From assembly GCA_016793965.1 (NCBI GenBank), contig JAEULF010000065.1, positions 1-47,428 of the forward strand: a stretch of DNA of 47,428 nt, written 5' to 3'. The position numbers and the translations under genes were made by a program. This DNA comes from Alphaproteobacteria bacterium (GTDB lineage: Bacteria; Pseudomonadota; Alphaproteobacteria; JAEULF01). The notes under the pieces were generated by a model. That model was given only the letters and a program-made list of their open reading frames with translations, was not told the origin of the DNA and did no database searches. Positions 1-8,799 of the stretch are shown here, piece after piece (positions within the stretch are counted from its first letter, which is position 1; each line of letters begins with the position of its first letter).

Positions 1-1
1 C

Positions 2-268
2 TCGGTCATGCCCTCGCATGCCCATGTCCATCTGGCGTCGATCCGGGGCGAGGTGAGCGTCGCCGGCATGATCGTCCGGCCGAACGACTTGCTCCATGCC
101 GACAGGCACGGCGCCGTCGTCATCCCGCATGCGGTGGCCGGTAAGGTGGCCGCCGCCTGCAAGCTCCTCGCCCGGCGCGAGGCCATCGTCCTAAAAGCCG
201 CCAAGGCGAAGGGCTTCAGCGCCGCCAAGCTGATGAAGGCCATCGCCGACGCGGACGAGATCCATTGA
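2..268 (+). CDS. RraA-family protein (RraA / 4-hydroxy-4-methyl-2-oxoglutarate aldolase-like), C-terminal fragment; the 5' end lies outside the window
   Basis: The frame is open to the window edge. The C-terminal sequence ...VRPNDLLHADRHGAVVIPH... resembles the RraA/HMG-aldolase fold. The third codon position is GC-rich. Confidence 0.55.
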   Translation, partial: SVMPSHAHVHLASIRGEVSVAGMIVRPNDLLHADRHGAVVIPHAVAGKVAAACKLLARREAIVLKAAKAKGFSAAKLMKAIADADEIH

Positions 269-305
269 TGCCCGACCGCGGGCCAAGCGAAAGAGGAGAC
301 CAGCA

Positions 306-1007
306 GTGACACGCAAGCAGCCGACCGAGGCCGAGGTGAAGGCCGCCCTCGAAGTGATCTTCGCCAGGGATTCGCAAGTCTACCAGGATCGCGGGTTCAT
401 GCGCCGGATCGGCTTCGGCAAGCGCCCGGCGCTGATCAACATCGACCTGGCGAACGCCTGGACGCGCGAGGGCAACCCGTTCACCTGCGACGGGATGGAC
501 GTGATCATCCCGGGCGTGCAGAAGCTGCTGGCGGCGTCGCGCGCCCGCGGCATTCCGATCGTCTACACGTCCACGGCCTACAAGGTGCCCGACGGGGCGA
601 ACAGCGACGCCGGCCTCTGGGGCAAGAAGATCCCGACCGAGGTCCTGCTGGAGGGCTCGCCGGACACGGCGATCGACGACCGCATCGCGCCGCTGCCCAA
701 CGAGCAGGTCATCATCAAGAAGCGCGCCTCGGCCTTCCACGGCACCTACCTGTCGAGCTTCCTCAAGGCGCACAACGTCGACACCGTGATCGTGACAGGC
801 GTGACCATGGCGGGCTGCGTGCGCCACACCGTGGAGGACGCGATCGCCGAGGGGTTCCGGCCGATCGTCGTTCGCGAGTGCGTCGGCGACCGCGTCTGGG
901 GCGTGACGGAGTGGAACCTCTTCGACATCGACGCGAAGTTCGGCGACGTGGAGAAGCTCGACACCGTGCTCGATTACCTGCACCGGATCGAGAACGAGCC
1001 GCGCTGA
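306..1007 (+). CDS. Isochorismatase-family hydrolase, N-carbamoylsarcosine amidase-like
   Basis: 233 aa with a GTG start. Motifs RIGFGKRPALINIDLANAWT, KKRASAFHGT and VTGVTMAGCVRHTVEDAIAEGFRP (catalytic Cys context) closely resemble N-carbamoylsarcosine amidase as I recall it. Confidence 0.8.
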   Translation: MTRKQPTEAEVKAALEVIFARDSQVYQDRGFMRRIGFGKRPALINIDLANAWTREGNPFTCDGMDVIIPGVQKLLAASRARGIPIVYTSTAYKVPDGANSDAGLWGKKIPTEVLLEGSPDTAIDDRIAPLPNEQVIIKKRASAFHGTYLSSFLKAHNVDTVIVTGVTMAGCVRHTVEDAIAEGFRPIVVRECVGDRVWGVTEWNLFDIDAKFGDVEKLDTVLDYLHRIENEPR

Positions 1008-1023
1008 GGCGCGCCAGCGGCCG

Positions 1024-1067
1024 GAGGCCGAGCGCTGCGGCTCGGCCTCGCCGCCCTTCGGGGAGGC
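1024..1067. terminator. Two adjacent GC-rich stem-loops between convergent genes (possible bidirectional terminator)
   Basis: gaggccgagc-gctgcg-gctcggcctc forms a 10-bp stem at 1024-1049. It is followed by gccgccc-ttcg-gggaggc (one mismatch). There is no clear U-run. Confidence 0.4.
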
Positions 1068-1077
1068 TCCGCGCGCC

Positions 1078-1917
1078 TCAGTGCGACATCAGCACGGGCA
1101 CCGTCATCTCCCGGAACAACTTCAGCGTGACGCCGCCGAAAATGCTCTCGCGCAGCCGGGAGTGGCCGTACGCGCCCATGACGAGCATGTCCGCGCCCTT
1201 GTCGGCGAGGCGCGACAGGATCATGTCGCCGACCTCGATGTCGCTGCCGTAGATCGATTCGGCCTCGGCCTTGACGCCGTGCCGCGACAGGGACAACGCG
1301 ATGTCGGCGCCGGGCATGTCGCCGTGCCCGCCGCGCCCCTTCTTCGGGTTAGCCGCGAGGATCGTGACGGTCTTGGCCTTTGCAAGGATCGGCATCGCGT
1401 CATGCACCGCCCGCGCGGCCTCCCGGCTCGCGTTCCATGCGACGACCGGCCGCTCGCCGACCGTCGGGAAGCGGCCCGCATAGGGCACGACGAGGACCGG
1501 GCACCCGGAGTCGAACAGCACGTCCTCCGCCAGCGTCGGGCCCTCGCCAGCGCGCTCGGGGTCCGACTGCCCGACGATCGCAAGGTCGGCATAGCGCGCG
1601 TGCAGAGCCGCCACCGAGCCTGGATCGACGAACTCGTCCTCGATGCGGCGCCATTCCGCGGCGACCCCGGCCTTGCTCGCAGCGTCCTTGAAGCGCGCTT
1701 CGACCCGGTCGGCCGCCGCGCGGATCGCCTTCGACTGCGCCTCGATCACCTCCACCGGGATCTCGGCTGCGACAAAGGTGGGAACGAAGGGCAAGGGCAT
1801 GACGAACAGGCCGACCAGATGGGCCTTGAACCCCTGCGCCAACCTGACTGCGACATCGAGGCGCGGCGCGCAAGCCTTGCTCTCGTCCAGCGTGACGAGA
1901 ATCGTCTTGTAGTCCAT
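1078..1917 (-). CDS. Universal stress protein, tandem UspA domains
   Basis: 279 aa, MDYKTILVTLDES... with two Usp-like halves. The C-terminal G-x2-G-x9-G-S/T-like motif is VMGAYGHSRLRESIFGGVT. Confidence 0.8.
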   Translation of the reverse strand: MDYKTILVTLDESKACAPRLDVAVRLAQGFKAHLVGLFVMPLPFVPTFVAAEIPVEVIEAQSKAIRAAADRVEARFKDAASKAGVAAEWRRIEDEFVDPGSVAALHARYADLAIVGQSDPERAGEGPTLAEDVLFDSGCPVLVVPYAGRFPTVGERPVVAWNASREAARAVHDAMPILAKAKTVTILAANPKKGRGGHGDMPGADIALSLSRHGVKAEAESIYGSDIEVGDMILSRLADKGADMLVMGAYGHSRLRESIFGGVTLKLFREMTVPVLMSH

Positions 1918-1981
1918 CTCCGGATCCCCTTCGGTTCGCCCTGAGGAGGCGCAACACTGGAGCCCCGGTCAGCAGCCGGCA

Positions 1982-1995
1982 TTGACGTCGATCAA
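1982..1995 (-). promoter_or_regulatory. FNR/FixK-type box TTGAC-GTCG-ATCAA upstream of usp
   Basis: A perfect TTGA-N6-TCAA palindrome lies in the 131-nt spacer between the dehydrogenase stop (2049) and the usp start (1917). It is centred about 71 nt upstream of the usp start codon. Confidence 0.55.
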
Positions 1996-2048
1996 ATCGG
2001 TTGCATGCAGCGCCTCGGCCAAGCCGGGAAGCGGGGCTCCGCGCGCGC

Positions 2049-2975
2049 TCAGTAGCCGGACGATCGGTCGACCAAGCCGACGAGATTCTGCCCTGCCTGG
2101 TGCCGGCGGATGTTGGCCAGCAGGACGTCCACCGCCGTCTCCGGCTGCGTCATGCTCGCGATATGCGGGGTCAGGAGGATGCGCGGATGGCGCCAGAGAG
2201 CGCTGTCGCCGGGCAGCGGCTCCGGCGTCGCGACATCGAGGACGGCAGCGGACAGTCGACCGCTGTCGAGCGCCTCGATCAGGTCGGCCTCGACCAGGTG
2301 CGGGCCGCGGCCGACATTGACGAGCGACGCGCCTTGCGGAAGCGCGGCAAAGAGGCGCCTGTCGAGGATCCCTCGCGTCGCCGCCGTGAGCGGCAACAGG
2401 CAGACAAGGATATCCGTCTGCGCAAGGAAAGCAGGCAACTCGGCGGCGCCGGCGAAGCAGTCGACGCCCGGCAGGTCGCGCCGCGACCGGCTCCAGCCGG
2501 CACGCCGGAAGCCGAAGGCGCCGAGCCTGTCCAGCACGGCGGTCCCGAGCTCGCCGAGGCCGAGCACGCCGACGCGACGTCCGCCCGGCGGGCGCACGCG
2601 GATCTCGCGCCACACGCGCTCGCGCTGCTGCGCCACATAAGCGACCAGGTCCCGGTGGAGCATCAGGACGGCCATGGCGACATACTCCACCATGCTGCCG
2701 ACGATGCCGGGCTCGATCATGCGGACGAGGGGAACTCTCTCGGGCAGGCTCGCCAGGTCGAACTGGTCCACGCCGGCGCCGACGGAGAAGAGCACCTCCA
2801 GGTTCGGATAGGCGTGCCCGAGATCGGGCGGCGGCACCCATGCGGCAATGTAGCGGATCTCCGCCGGATCCCCGACCTCCGGCCACAGCCTGAACGGGAT
2901 GTCGGGCGCCCGCTCGGCCATGATGCGCGCCCACTCCTTGCCGCGAACCGGGTCAGCCTTGTAGAGCAGCGCCAT
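2049..2975 (-). CDS. D-isomer-specific 2-hydroxyacid dehydrogenase (glyoxylate/hydroxypyruvate reductase A-like)
   Basis: The start was moved to the internal ATG giving MALLYKADP... (308 aa). NAD-binding motif VGVLGLGELG. Catalytic region NVGRG...D...L...LDV...EP and TPHIAS. The upstream 54 codons of the track ORF are Arg/Ala-rich and not protein-like. Confidence 0.8.
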   Translation of the reverse strand: MALLYKADPVRGKEWARIMAERAPDIPFRLWPEVGDPAEIRYIAAWVPPPDLGHAYPNLEVLFSVGAGVDQFDLASLPERVPLVRMIEPGIVGSMVEYVAMAVLMLHRDLVAYVAQQRERVWREIRVRPPGGRRVGVLGLGELGTAVLDRLGAFGFRRAGWSRSRRDLPGVDCFAGAAELPAFLAQTDILVCLLPLTAATRGILDRRLFAALPQGASLVNVGRGPHLVEADLIEALDSGRLSAAVLDVATPEPLPGDSALWRHPRILLTPHIASMTQPETAVDVLLANIRRHQAGQNLVGLVDRSSGY

Positions 2976-3368
2976 CGGACGTTCCTGAACGAGGTGGGCG
3001 TAGCGCGGCCGCGCGTCGCGCACCACGCCGCCGAGCATGGGCACGAACCGGGCACGCTTCGCAAGTGCCGAACCTGCCCTCCCGGCTGCGCGCGGCCGCG
3101 AACAGGCGATCGACGCTCGTGCGCACATCCCCTGCAAGGCCGGCGAAGCGACCGTAGGTCAGCCGAAGCTGCCGCGCCGACATCGCGGCAAAGCTGACGA
3201 CATCGACAGGTCCGATGTCGCCCGATGCCTGGCCAGGGGAGACGAGTCGGCCATGCACAGCCATGGTGGCGAGGAGTACGCGACGCTGTCGCGGCCAGAG
3301 GCGTCGATCGCGCTCGCCACCCGAGCCGGACCGGACGCCTGTTCCGGGCGCCATGAACGGCGCCGTCG

Positions 3369-4394
3369 CTACGGCACCGTCAGCAGGCGCCTGGGCGTGC
3401 GGACGAAGATCGCGTCGATCTCCGCTTGGCTGAACCCCTTTCGGCGCATCAGCGGGACCACGTTCCGGAACATGTGGCCATAGCCGTGCCCGCCGAGGCC
3501 GCCCAGCCTGCCGCGCGTGCAGATATCCTGCGACAGGACGATGCGTCCGAGATGCCCCGCGGCGATCAGCCGGCGCACCTTGTCGAGCCGGGTGGCGTCG
3601 TTCGGCATGTCGATCGGCGCGAAGGGATAGTGCGACGTCTCGATGCCGAAGAAGTCGTACTCGATGACGCAGCCGGTATCTGCCAGCCGGTCGAGATCCT
3701 GGTCGCGCACGACGGTCCGGTCGACATGGCTGACGATCGTGCGCGCCATGTCGCCGCCCCATCGCCGCACGCAACCGAGCATGTCGAGCACGGTGTCGAA
3801 GCACCGGCTCGGATGCACGTTGACGGAGGCGCCGGTCTCCTTCTGCGCGATCACGGCTGCGCGCAACGTCTTCCTCTCCAGCTCCGTCCAGGGATCCGAG
3901 CACCCGATCTCGCCGATGATTCCCGAGCGCACGCCGTCGGTCCCCGTGCGCAACGCCGCGATGAGACCGGACGCCAGCGCCTCGACCGAAGCGCCGCGAA
4001 CCGTATCGTCCAGGTAGGAGTCCACGTACCACCCGGTGCCCATCACGATCGTGACCCCGGACGCCGCGGCAACACGCTGAAGGCCCAGCGGGGACGGCCG
4101 GATGCCCGCGCAGGTGAGCTCGACGACCGCCGCCCCTCCGGCCTCGCGCAGGCGCCCCAGCTCGGCGACCGACAGCGCCTCATCGGACAGCCGGTGAAAG
4201 CCCGGAGCGTCGGCGCCCCACTCGTAGTTCAGCTGCCAAACGTTATCGAGCCGGATCTCGACCTCCGGACGCGCTTGCGCCGCCAGCGCTGGCGCCGTCA
4301 CGTCGCACAGCACGTGCTCATGCATGAGCGTCGGGCCCAGGGACTCCGGCGCGATGGGCCCGAGTACGGTCTGGATGCGCCCGGCGGTCGCCAC
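3369..4394 (-). CDS. Phosphotriesterase-related protein (PTE/PHP family, amidohydrolase superfamily)
   Basis: 341 aa with a GTG start. Contains the N-terminal GPTLMHEHVLCD HxH metal motif and has the length and layout typical of PTE-homology proteins. It begins 1 nt after the upstream gene's stop. Confidence 0.8.
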   Translation of the reverse strand: MATAGRIQTVLGPIAPESLGPTLMHEHVLCDVTAPALAAQARPEVEIRLDNVWQLNYEWGADAPGFHRLSDEALSVAELGRLREAGGAAVVELTCAGIRPSPLGLQRVAAASGVTIVMGTGWYVDSYLDDTVRGASVEALASGLIAALRTGTDGVRSGIIGEIGCSDPWTELERKTLRAAVIAQKETGASVNVHPSRCFDTVLDMLGCVRRWGGDMARTIVSHVDRTVVRDQDLDRLADTGCVIEYDFFGIETSHYPFAPIDMPNDATRLDKVRRLIAAGHLGRIVLSQDICTRGRLGGLGGHGYGHMFRNVVPLMRRKGFSQAEIDAIFVRTPRRLLTVP

Positions 4395-4395
4395 G

Positions 4396-5343
4396 CTAGG
4401 CGGCCGCAGGCCGACCGACGCGGAACAGCGCCGCCGGGTTGTCGCACGCCATCGTTCGCAGATCCGCGCGCGCCATTCCGGCCTCTGCCAGGAACAGCAG
4501 GAACTCGCGCAGACCCTCGGTCGGCGGTGGCAGGACGCCGACGCCGCAGTCGCTCGAGACCACGCAGTGCTTGGGGCCGGCGGCCCGGATCAGCGCGACC
4601 ATGCCCGGCAATGTCACGCCCTGCGCCTGGTGACGCTCGGAGTCGACATGCGTCAGGCCGATCTGCGTGGCCGCTGTCAGGAAGAAGTACGAGAACTCCG
4701 GATAGGCGCCGAGCCGCGCCAGCTCGGCGACGGCATCGGCGTCGAAGTGACTGGCCGGCGCCAGGATGCGCGCGACGCCGCGCGCCCGCGCCAGCTCGAC
4801 CAGCCGCACGGCCTCCGGCGCGGAGATATGGCCTGTGTTCAGCACGGCGTCGGCGGCCGCGACGAGATCGAGGATCGCCGGCAGCGGATCCGGCAGCGCG
4901 CCCCGCGCGGGGATTTCCAGGCATGTCTCCAGATAGGCCGGGCTGCGGCCCTCCTGGCGCGCGATGTTGCGGGTATGGTGGGTAGGCAGGGAGATGAAGC
5001 GCGCTCCGGTGCCAGGGCCGTAGCCGTAGCGCAGCGCGATGGCCACGGCCTCGGCGGAGACTCCCCCGGCCGGCGGCTCCATGATCAAGCCCCCGAAAAC
5101 GTCGAACTCCGGGTCAAGCCCTTCCGCGTCGAGCACACGACGCGCCAACGCTGCGTAGCCGGAGCTGCCGGCAAAATTGTCCATCAGCCCGATGCCGCGC
5201 ATGCCGGCGTGGATGGCGTCGCGCGCCGCCTGAAGCACGTCGAGCGAGCGCGCATTGATGTGCGGGCAGGCATGGACATGGCAATCGACGGCGCCGTCGA
5301 TGAGGTCCATGCCGTGCCGGCGCGAACGATGGTCCTGGCTCAT
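4396..5343 (-). CDS. Amidohydrolase-superfamily metal-dependent hydrolase of unknown specificity
   Basis: 315 aa with the N-terminal AVDCHVHACPH HxH motif, of TIM-barrel hydrolase size. High GC3. Tightly coupled to the downstream PTE-like gene. Confidence 0.6.
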   Translation of the reverse strand: MSQDHRSRRHGMDLIDGAVDCHVHACPHINARSLDVLQAARDAIHAGMRGIGLMDNFAGSSGYAALARRVLDAEGLDPEFDVFGGLIMEPPAGGVSAEAVAIALRYGYGPGTGARFISLPTHHTRNIARQEGRSPAYLETCLEIPARGALPDPLPAILDLVAAADAVLNTGHISAPEAVRLVELARARGVARILAPASHFDADAVAELARLGAYPEFSYFFLTAATQIGLTHVDSERHQAQGVTLPGMVALIRAAGPKHCVVSSDCGVGVLPPPTEGLREFLLFLAEAGMARADLRTMACDNPAALFRVGRPAAA

Positions 5344-5385
5344 GGTCCGTGCCTCGTGCAGGGCTGGCGGGAAGCTGCCGGCCGC

Positions 5386-6123
5386 TCAGTGCCGCAGGAT
5401 CTTGGAGACGAAATCGCGCGTGCGCGCCTCGACCGGCGCATCGAAGATGGCGCGCGGCGCACCGGTCTCGACCACGCGGCCGTCGGCCATGAAGACGACC
5501 TGGCGCGAGACCTCGCGCACGAAGGCCATTTCGTGGCTGACGATCAGCATGGTCATGCCGTCGCGTGCCAAGAGCCGGATGGCGTCGAGCACTTCGTTGA
5601 CCAGCTCCGGGTCGAGCGCCGAGGTCACCTCGTCGAGCAGCAGCACTTCGGGCTGGAGCGCCAAGGCCCGCGCGATGGCGACGCGCTGCTGCTGGCCGCC
5701 CGAGAGCTCGTCTGGATAGGCCCGGTGCTTGTCGGCAAGGCCGACTCGGGCCAAGAGCGCCTTAGCGAGATCCTCGACCTCGCGCCGATCGCGCCGCTTC
5801 ACCTTCACCGGCGCCACGGTGACGTTGTCGAGCACGGTCATGTTCTGGAATAGGTTGAACTGCTGGAACACGATGGCGACCTTGTCGCGCACTGCGCGCA
5901 CGGCCTGGCGGTCGCGGTAATCGATCCTCTGCCCGCCCAGGCTGACCGCGCCCCGCTCGGGCACAAGGAGGCCGACCAGAACGCGCAGCAAAGTCGACTT
6001 GCCGGAGCCCGACGGGCCGATCAGGCTGACGATCTCCCCCTTCTCGACCGACAGCGTGATGCCGTCGAGCACGCGCGTCGCGCCGTACGAGGCTGCGAGG
6101 TCAGCGACGTCGAGATGCGGCAA
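5386..6123 (-). CDS. Polar amino acid/opine ABC transporter ATP-binding protein
   Basis: Walker A GPSGSGKST, signature LSGGQQQRVAIARAL, Walker B LLLDEVTSALD, H-loop SHEM. The start is apparently TTG and overlaps the upstream permease gene by 23 nt. Confidence 0.9.
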   Translation of the reverse strand: MPHLDVADLAASYGATRVLDGITLSVEKGEIVSLIGPSGSGKSTLLRVLVGLLVPERGAVSLGGQRIDYRDRQAVRAVRDKVAIVFQQFNLFQNMTVLDNVTVAPVKVKRRDRREVEDLAKALLARVGLADKHRAYPDELSGGQQQRVAIARALALQPEVLLLDEVTSALDPELVNEVLDAIRLLARDGMTMLIVSHEMAFVREVSRQVVFMADGRVVETGAPRAIFDAPVEARTRDFVSKILRH

Positions 6124-6790
6124 GGCGTCTCTCCAAGGTGCGCCCGAGGCGCGTCAACGGATAGGACAGGGCGAAGTAGAGAAGCAGGATCGTGCCGAAG
6201 GTGAGCGCCGCCGCGAAGCCCTTGTCATTCAGCACCTTCCCCGCATAGGTCAGCTCGACCACGCCGATCTGGGAAGCGAGCGCGGTGTCCTTGATGAACA
6301 GCACGAAAAAGCTGAAGGCCGGCGGCAGCACCACTTTCCAGGCCTGCGGCATGACGACGAGGCGCAACGTCTGGGCATAGCCCATGTTGAGCGTCGCCGC
6401 CGCGTCCCACTGGTTCCTGTGCACAGAGTCCAGTCCCGAGCGCACGATCTCCGCGATGAAGGCGGCGGCTATGAGACCGACGCTGACCAGCGCCACGACG
6501 AACATGGGCACGTCGATCTTGTTGAGCTGGAACGCGAAGAAGACCAGCATCAGCGTCACCAGGAACGGGATGCGCCGGAACGCCTCCACGTAAGCGACGA
6601 TCAGGACCTTCAAGGGCAGCAGCGCGCGGGATGGGTGGCGGCGGAGGGCCGCGGCGAGGAAGCCCAGCGCCACGCCGGCGACGCAGCCGACAGCCGAGAG
6701 GAAGAGCGTCGTCGCCATCGCCTGCAGCAGGAACAGGAGGTTCCAGTATCCCAGGAACCGCGGCAGATCCTCGACGATGCGCGCGATCAT
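6101..6790 (-). CDS. Amino acid ABC transporter permease (His/Glu/Gln/Arg/opine family)
   Basis: The start was set at the internal ATG (MIARIVEDLP...), which overlaps the upstream permease stop as ATGA. The protein is hydrophobic and multi-TM with an EAA-like loop (RNQWDAAATLNMGYAQTLRLVVMPQA). The track ORF's N-terminal extension is Arg/Pro-rich shadow sequence. Confidence 0.85.
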   Translation of the reverse strand: MIARIVEDLPRFLGYWNLLFLLQAMATTLFLSAVGCVAGVALGFLAAALRRHPSRALLPLKVLIVAYVEAFRRIPFLVTLMLVFFAFQLNKIDVPMFVVALVSVGLIAAAFIAEIVRSGLDSVHRNQWDAAATLNMGYAQTLRLVVMPQAWKVVLPPAFSFFVLFIKDTALASQIGVVELTYAGKVLNDKGFAAALTFGTILLLYFALSYPLTRLGRTLERRLAASRRR

Positions 6791-7464
6791 CCGAGCAACC
6801 CCATGCGTGCGCGGAACAGGTGCCGGCCGAGCAGGGCGAGGCCGAGGCTGGCCACCAGCGTCACGCCGACATAGAGACCAGCCGCGACCGAGAAGATCTC
6901 GATCGAGCGGAAGGTGGTGGCGTTGACGTTGAGCGCACGGCCCGTCAGCTCCTCGACGCCGAACACGGCGGCCATCGAGGTGCCGAGCGTCATCAGGATG
7001 TACTGGTTGGACAAGGGCGGGAACAGAGTGCGCACGACATGCGGCAGGATGACGTGGCGCACCTGCTGCCAGCGCGTGAAGCCCAGCGTTTCCGCCGCCT
7101 CGATCTCGGTCCGCCGTACCGACTGGAAGCCGGCCCGCTGGATCTCCGTGACGTAGGCGCCGGCGTTGAGCGTCATGCCGATCAGCACGGCGACGTAGGG
7201 CGACAGCAGGATGCCCGCGTCCGGCAGCGCGAAGAACAGGAAATAGATCTGCACGAGCTGCGGCGTGTTCGTGAAGAAGGTGACGTAGCCGCGCGCCAGG
7301 CCGCGCGAAACGGGTCCGCCATGGTCGAGCGCTATGGCGCCGCCGAGCCCGATCGCGAAGCCGCCGCAGAACGCGAGGAACGCGATCTGCAAGCTGATCC
7401 ACGCCCCGCCGAGGAAGTAGGGCAGGTGCTGCCAGACCTGGCCGAACTGCAGCGTGTAGCTCAT
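6787..7464 (-). CDS. Amino acid ABC transporter permease (His/Glu/Gln/Arg/opine family)
   Basis: 225 aa, multi-TM, with EAA loop RTEIEAAETLGFTRWQQVRHVILP. Confidence 0.85.
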   Translation of the reverse strand: MSYTLQFGQVWQHLPYFLGGAWISLQIAFLAFCGGFAIGLGGAIALDHGGPVSRGLARGYVTFFTNTPQLVQIYFLFFALPDAGILLSPYVAVLIGMTLNAGAYVTEIQRAGFQSVRRTEIEAAETLGFTRWQQVRHVILPHVVRTLFPPLSNQYILMTLGTSMAAVFGVEELTGRALNVNATTFRSIEIFSVAAGLYVGVTLVASLGLALLGRHLFRARMGLLG

Positions 7465-7536
7465 GGGGTCATGTCACGTGCGCATCCTTCGGCTCGCGCC
7501 GCTGGCGCAAGCCGAAGGATGCCGAAGCGGCGGCGC

Positions 7537-8340
7537 TCAGAAATACGGCGTCGCCTTGACCTCGTAGAACATCTTGATGCCGAACCACTTCTGCCAGGTC
7601 TCGTCGATGAAGCCGCGGCGGTGCAGATCGAACAGCGCGGTGTTCAGCCAGTCCTTCAGCGTGTGGTTGCCCTTGGCCACGCCCAGCGTGCAGTAGTAGA
7701 CGTCGACCGGTACGTCGACGACCTTCCACTTCACCTGGTGCTTGTTCATGTGCTCGCCGACGAAATCGATGATGTCGACCATCGCGTCGCCGCGGCCCTG
7801 GGCCAGCGCCCGGATCACGTCGGGGTAGTTGTCGAGCAGCGTCACCTGCGCCTTCGGCAGGTTGGCCTTGATGAAGTCGATCGGCGTCGTGCCGCGCACC
7901 TGGACGAGCGTGATCTTCTCGTCGTTCAGGTCCTTCCAGTGCTTGTAGGGCTTGCCCTCGGTCGTCAGCACGCCCATCACCTCGGTGTGCACGGGCACCG
8001 TGAAGTCGATCGTCTTGGCGCGCTCTGCCGTGCGCGTCATGGCGCCCATGACGAAGTCGATCTTGCCCGTGGCGACGAACGGGATGCGGTCGGGCGAGCC
8101 GACCTTGACGACCTCGAGCTTGACGCCGAGCATCTCGGCGAGCCGCTTGGCCACGTCGACGTCGAAGCCGACGATCTCGTTCTTGTCGTCGAACTTGCCG
8201 AGCGGCGCCAGGGTCGGGTTGATGCCGACCCGGAGCGTGCCAGACTTCATCACCTCGTCGAGCGGCCGAGCATCGGCCGAAGCGCAGGCCAGGAACGCGG
8301 CGCCAATCAGCGCTGCGACGGCCAGGAATGTCCTCTTCAT
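7537..8340 (-). CDS. Amino acid ABC transporter periplasmic substrate-binding protein
   Basis: Signal peptide MKRTFLAVAALIGAAFLACASA followed by a family-3 SBP-like body. A GAGGGAGA RBS sits about 8 nt upstream of the ATG at 8340, which I prefer over the upstream ATG at 8358. Confidence 0.85.
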   Translation of the reverse strand: MKRTFLAVAALIGAAFLACASADARPLDEVMKSGTLRVGINPTLAPLGKFDDKNEIVGFDVDVAKRLAEMLGVKLEVVKVGSPDRIPFVATGKIDFVMGAMTRTAERAKTIDFTVPVHTEVMGVLTTEGKPYKHWKDLNDEKITLVQVRGTTPIDFIKANLPKAQVTLLDNYPDVIRALAQGRGDAMVDIIDFVGEHMNKHQVKWKVVDVPVDVYYCTLGVAKGNHTLKDWLNTALFDLHRRGFIDETWQKWFGIKMFYEVKATPYF

Positions 8341-8514
8341 CGTGCTTGTCTCCCTCATGCAGAATTCCGCGTCCCGCCTCGCAAGCAGAATCCTCTCTAG
8401 CCCCGTCCGCAGGTCCCGAGCCTGAGGCAGGGCTTTCCTTGTGCCGATCGAGCGTCTACGAACGACATCTGGGAGTCAACCGCAGGGCCACGATCGATCC
8501 AGGAGCCAGACACC
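8341..8514. promoter_or_regulatory. Divergent intergenic control region between the transporter operon and the oxidase operon
   Basis: A 174-nt spacer between divergent start codons. It contains the direct repeat GCAGAAT(T)CC at 8359-8368 and 8385-8393. No regulator gene was identified in the window. Confidence 0.35.
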
Positions 8515-8799
8515 GTGAGCCGTCGTATCGAGAAGGGCGTGCAGCGCCCGCCGCCCGTGACGATCTTGGTGGACGGCCGCCTCGTGCCCGCATTCCCTGG
8601 CGAGAGCGTGGCCACAGCATTGCTCGCCGCCGGCTATGTCGCGTTCCGAAAGAGCCCGAGAGCGGGAAAGCCGCGCGGCCCGTTCTGCATGATCGGCTCC
8701 TGCCAGGAGTGCTTGATTCGCGTCGGGGAGGTGCCGGTTCCCGCCTGCCAGGCGACCGTGAGGGAAGGCCTGGAGGTCACGCTGGGCGGGACGCAGTGA
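8515..8799 (+). CDS. (2Fe-2S)-binding small subunit of a heteromeric flavoprotein dehydrogenase (HcnA / opine oxidase / LhpF-like)
   Basis: 94 aa with a GTG start. Cys cluster ...PFCMIGSCQECLIRV...PACQ. Its stop overlaps the next gene's GTG start (GTGA). Confidence 0.75.
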   Translation: MSRRIEKGVQRPPPVTILVDGRLVPAFPGESVATALLAAGYVAFRKSPRAGKPRGPFCMIGSCQECLIRVGEVPVPACQATVREGLEVTLGGTQ

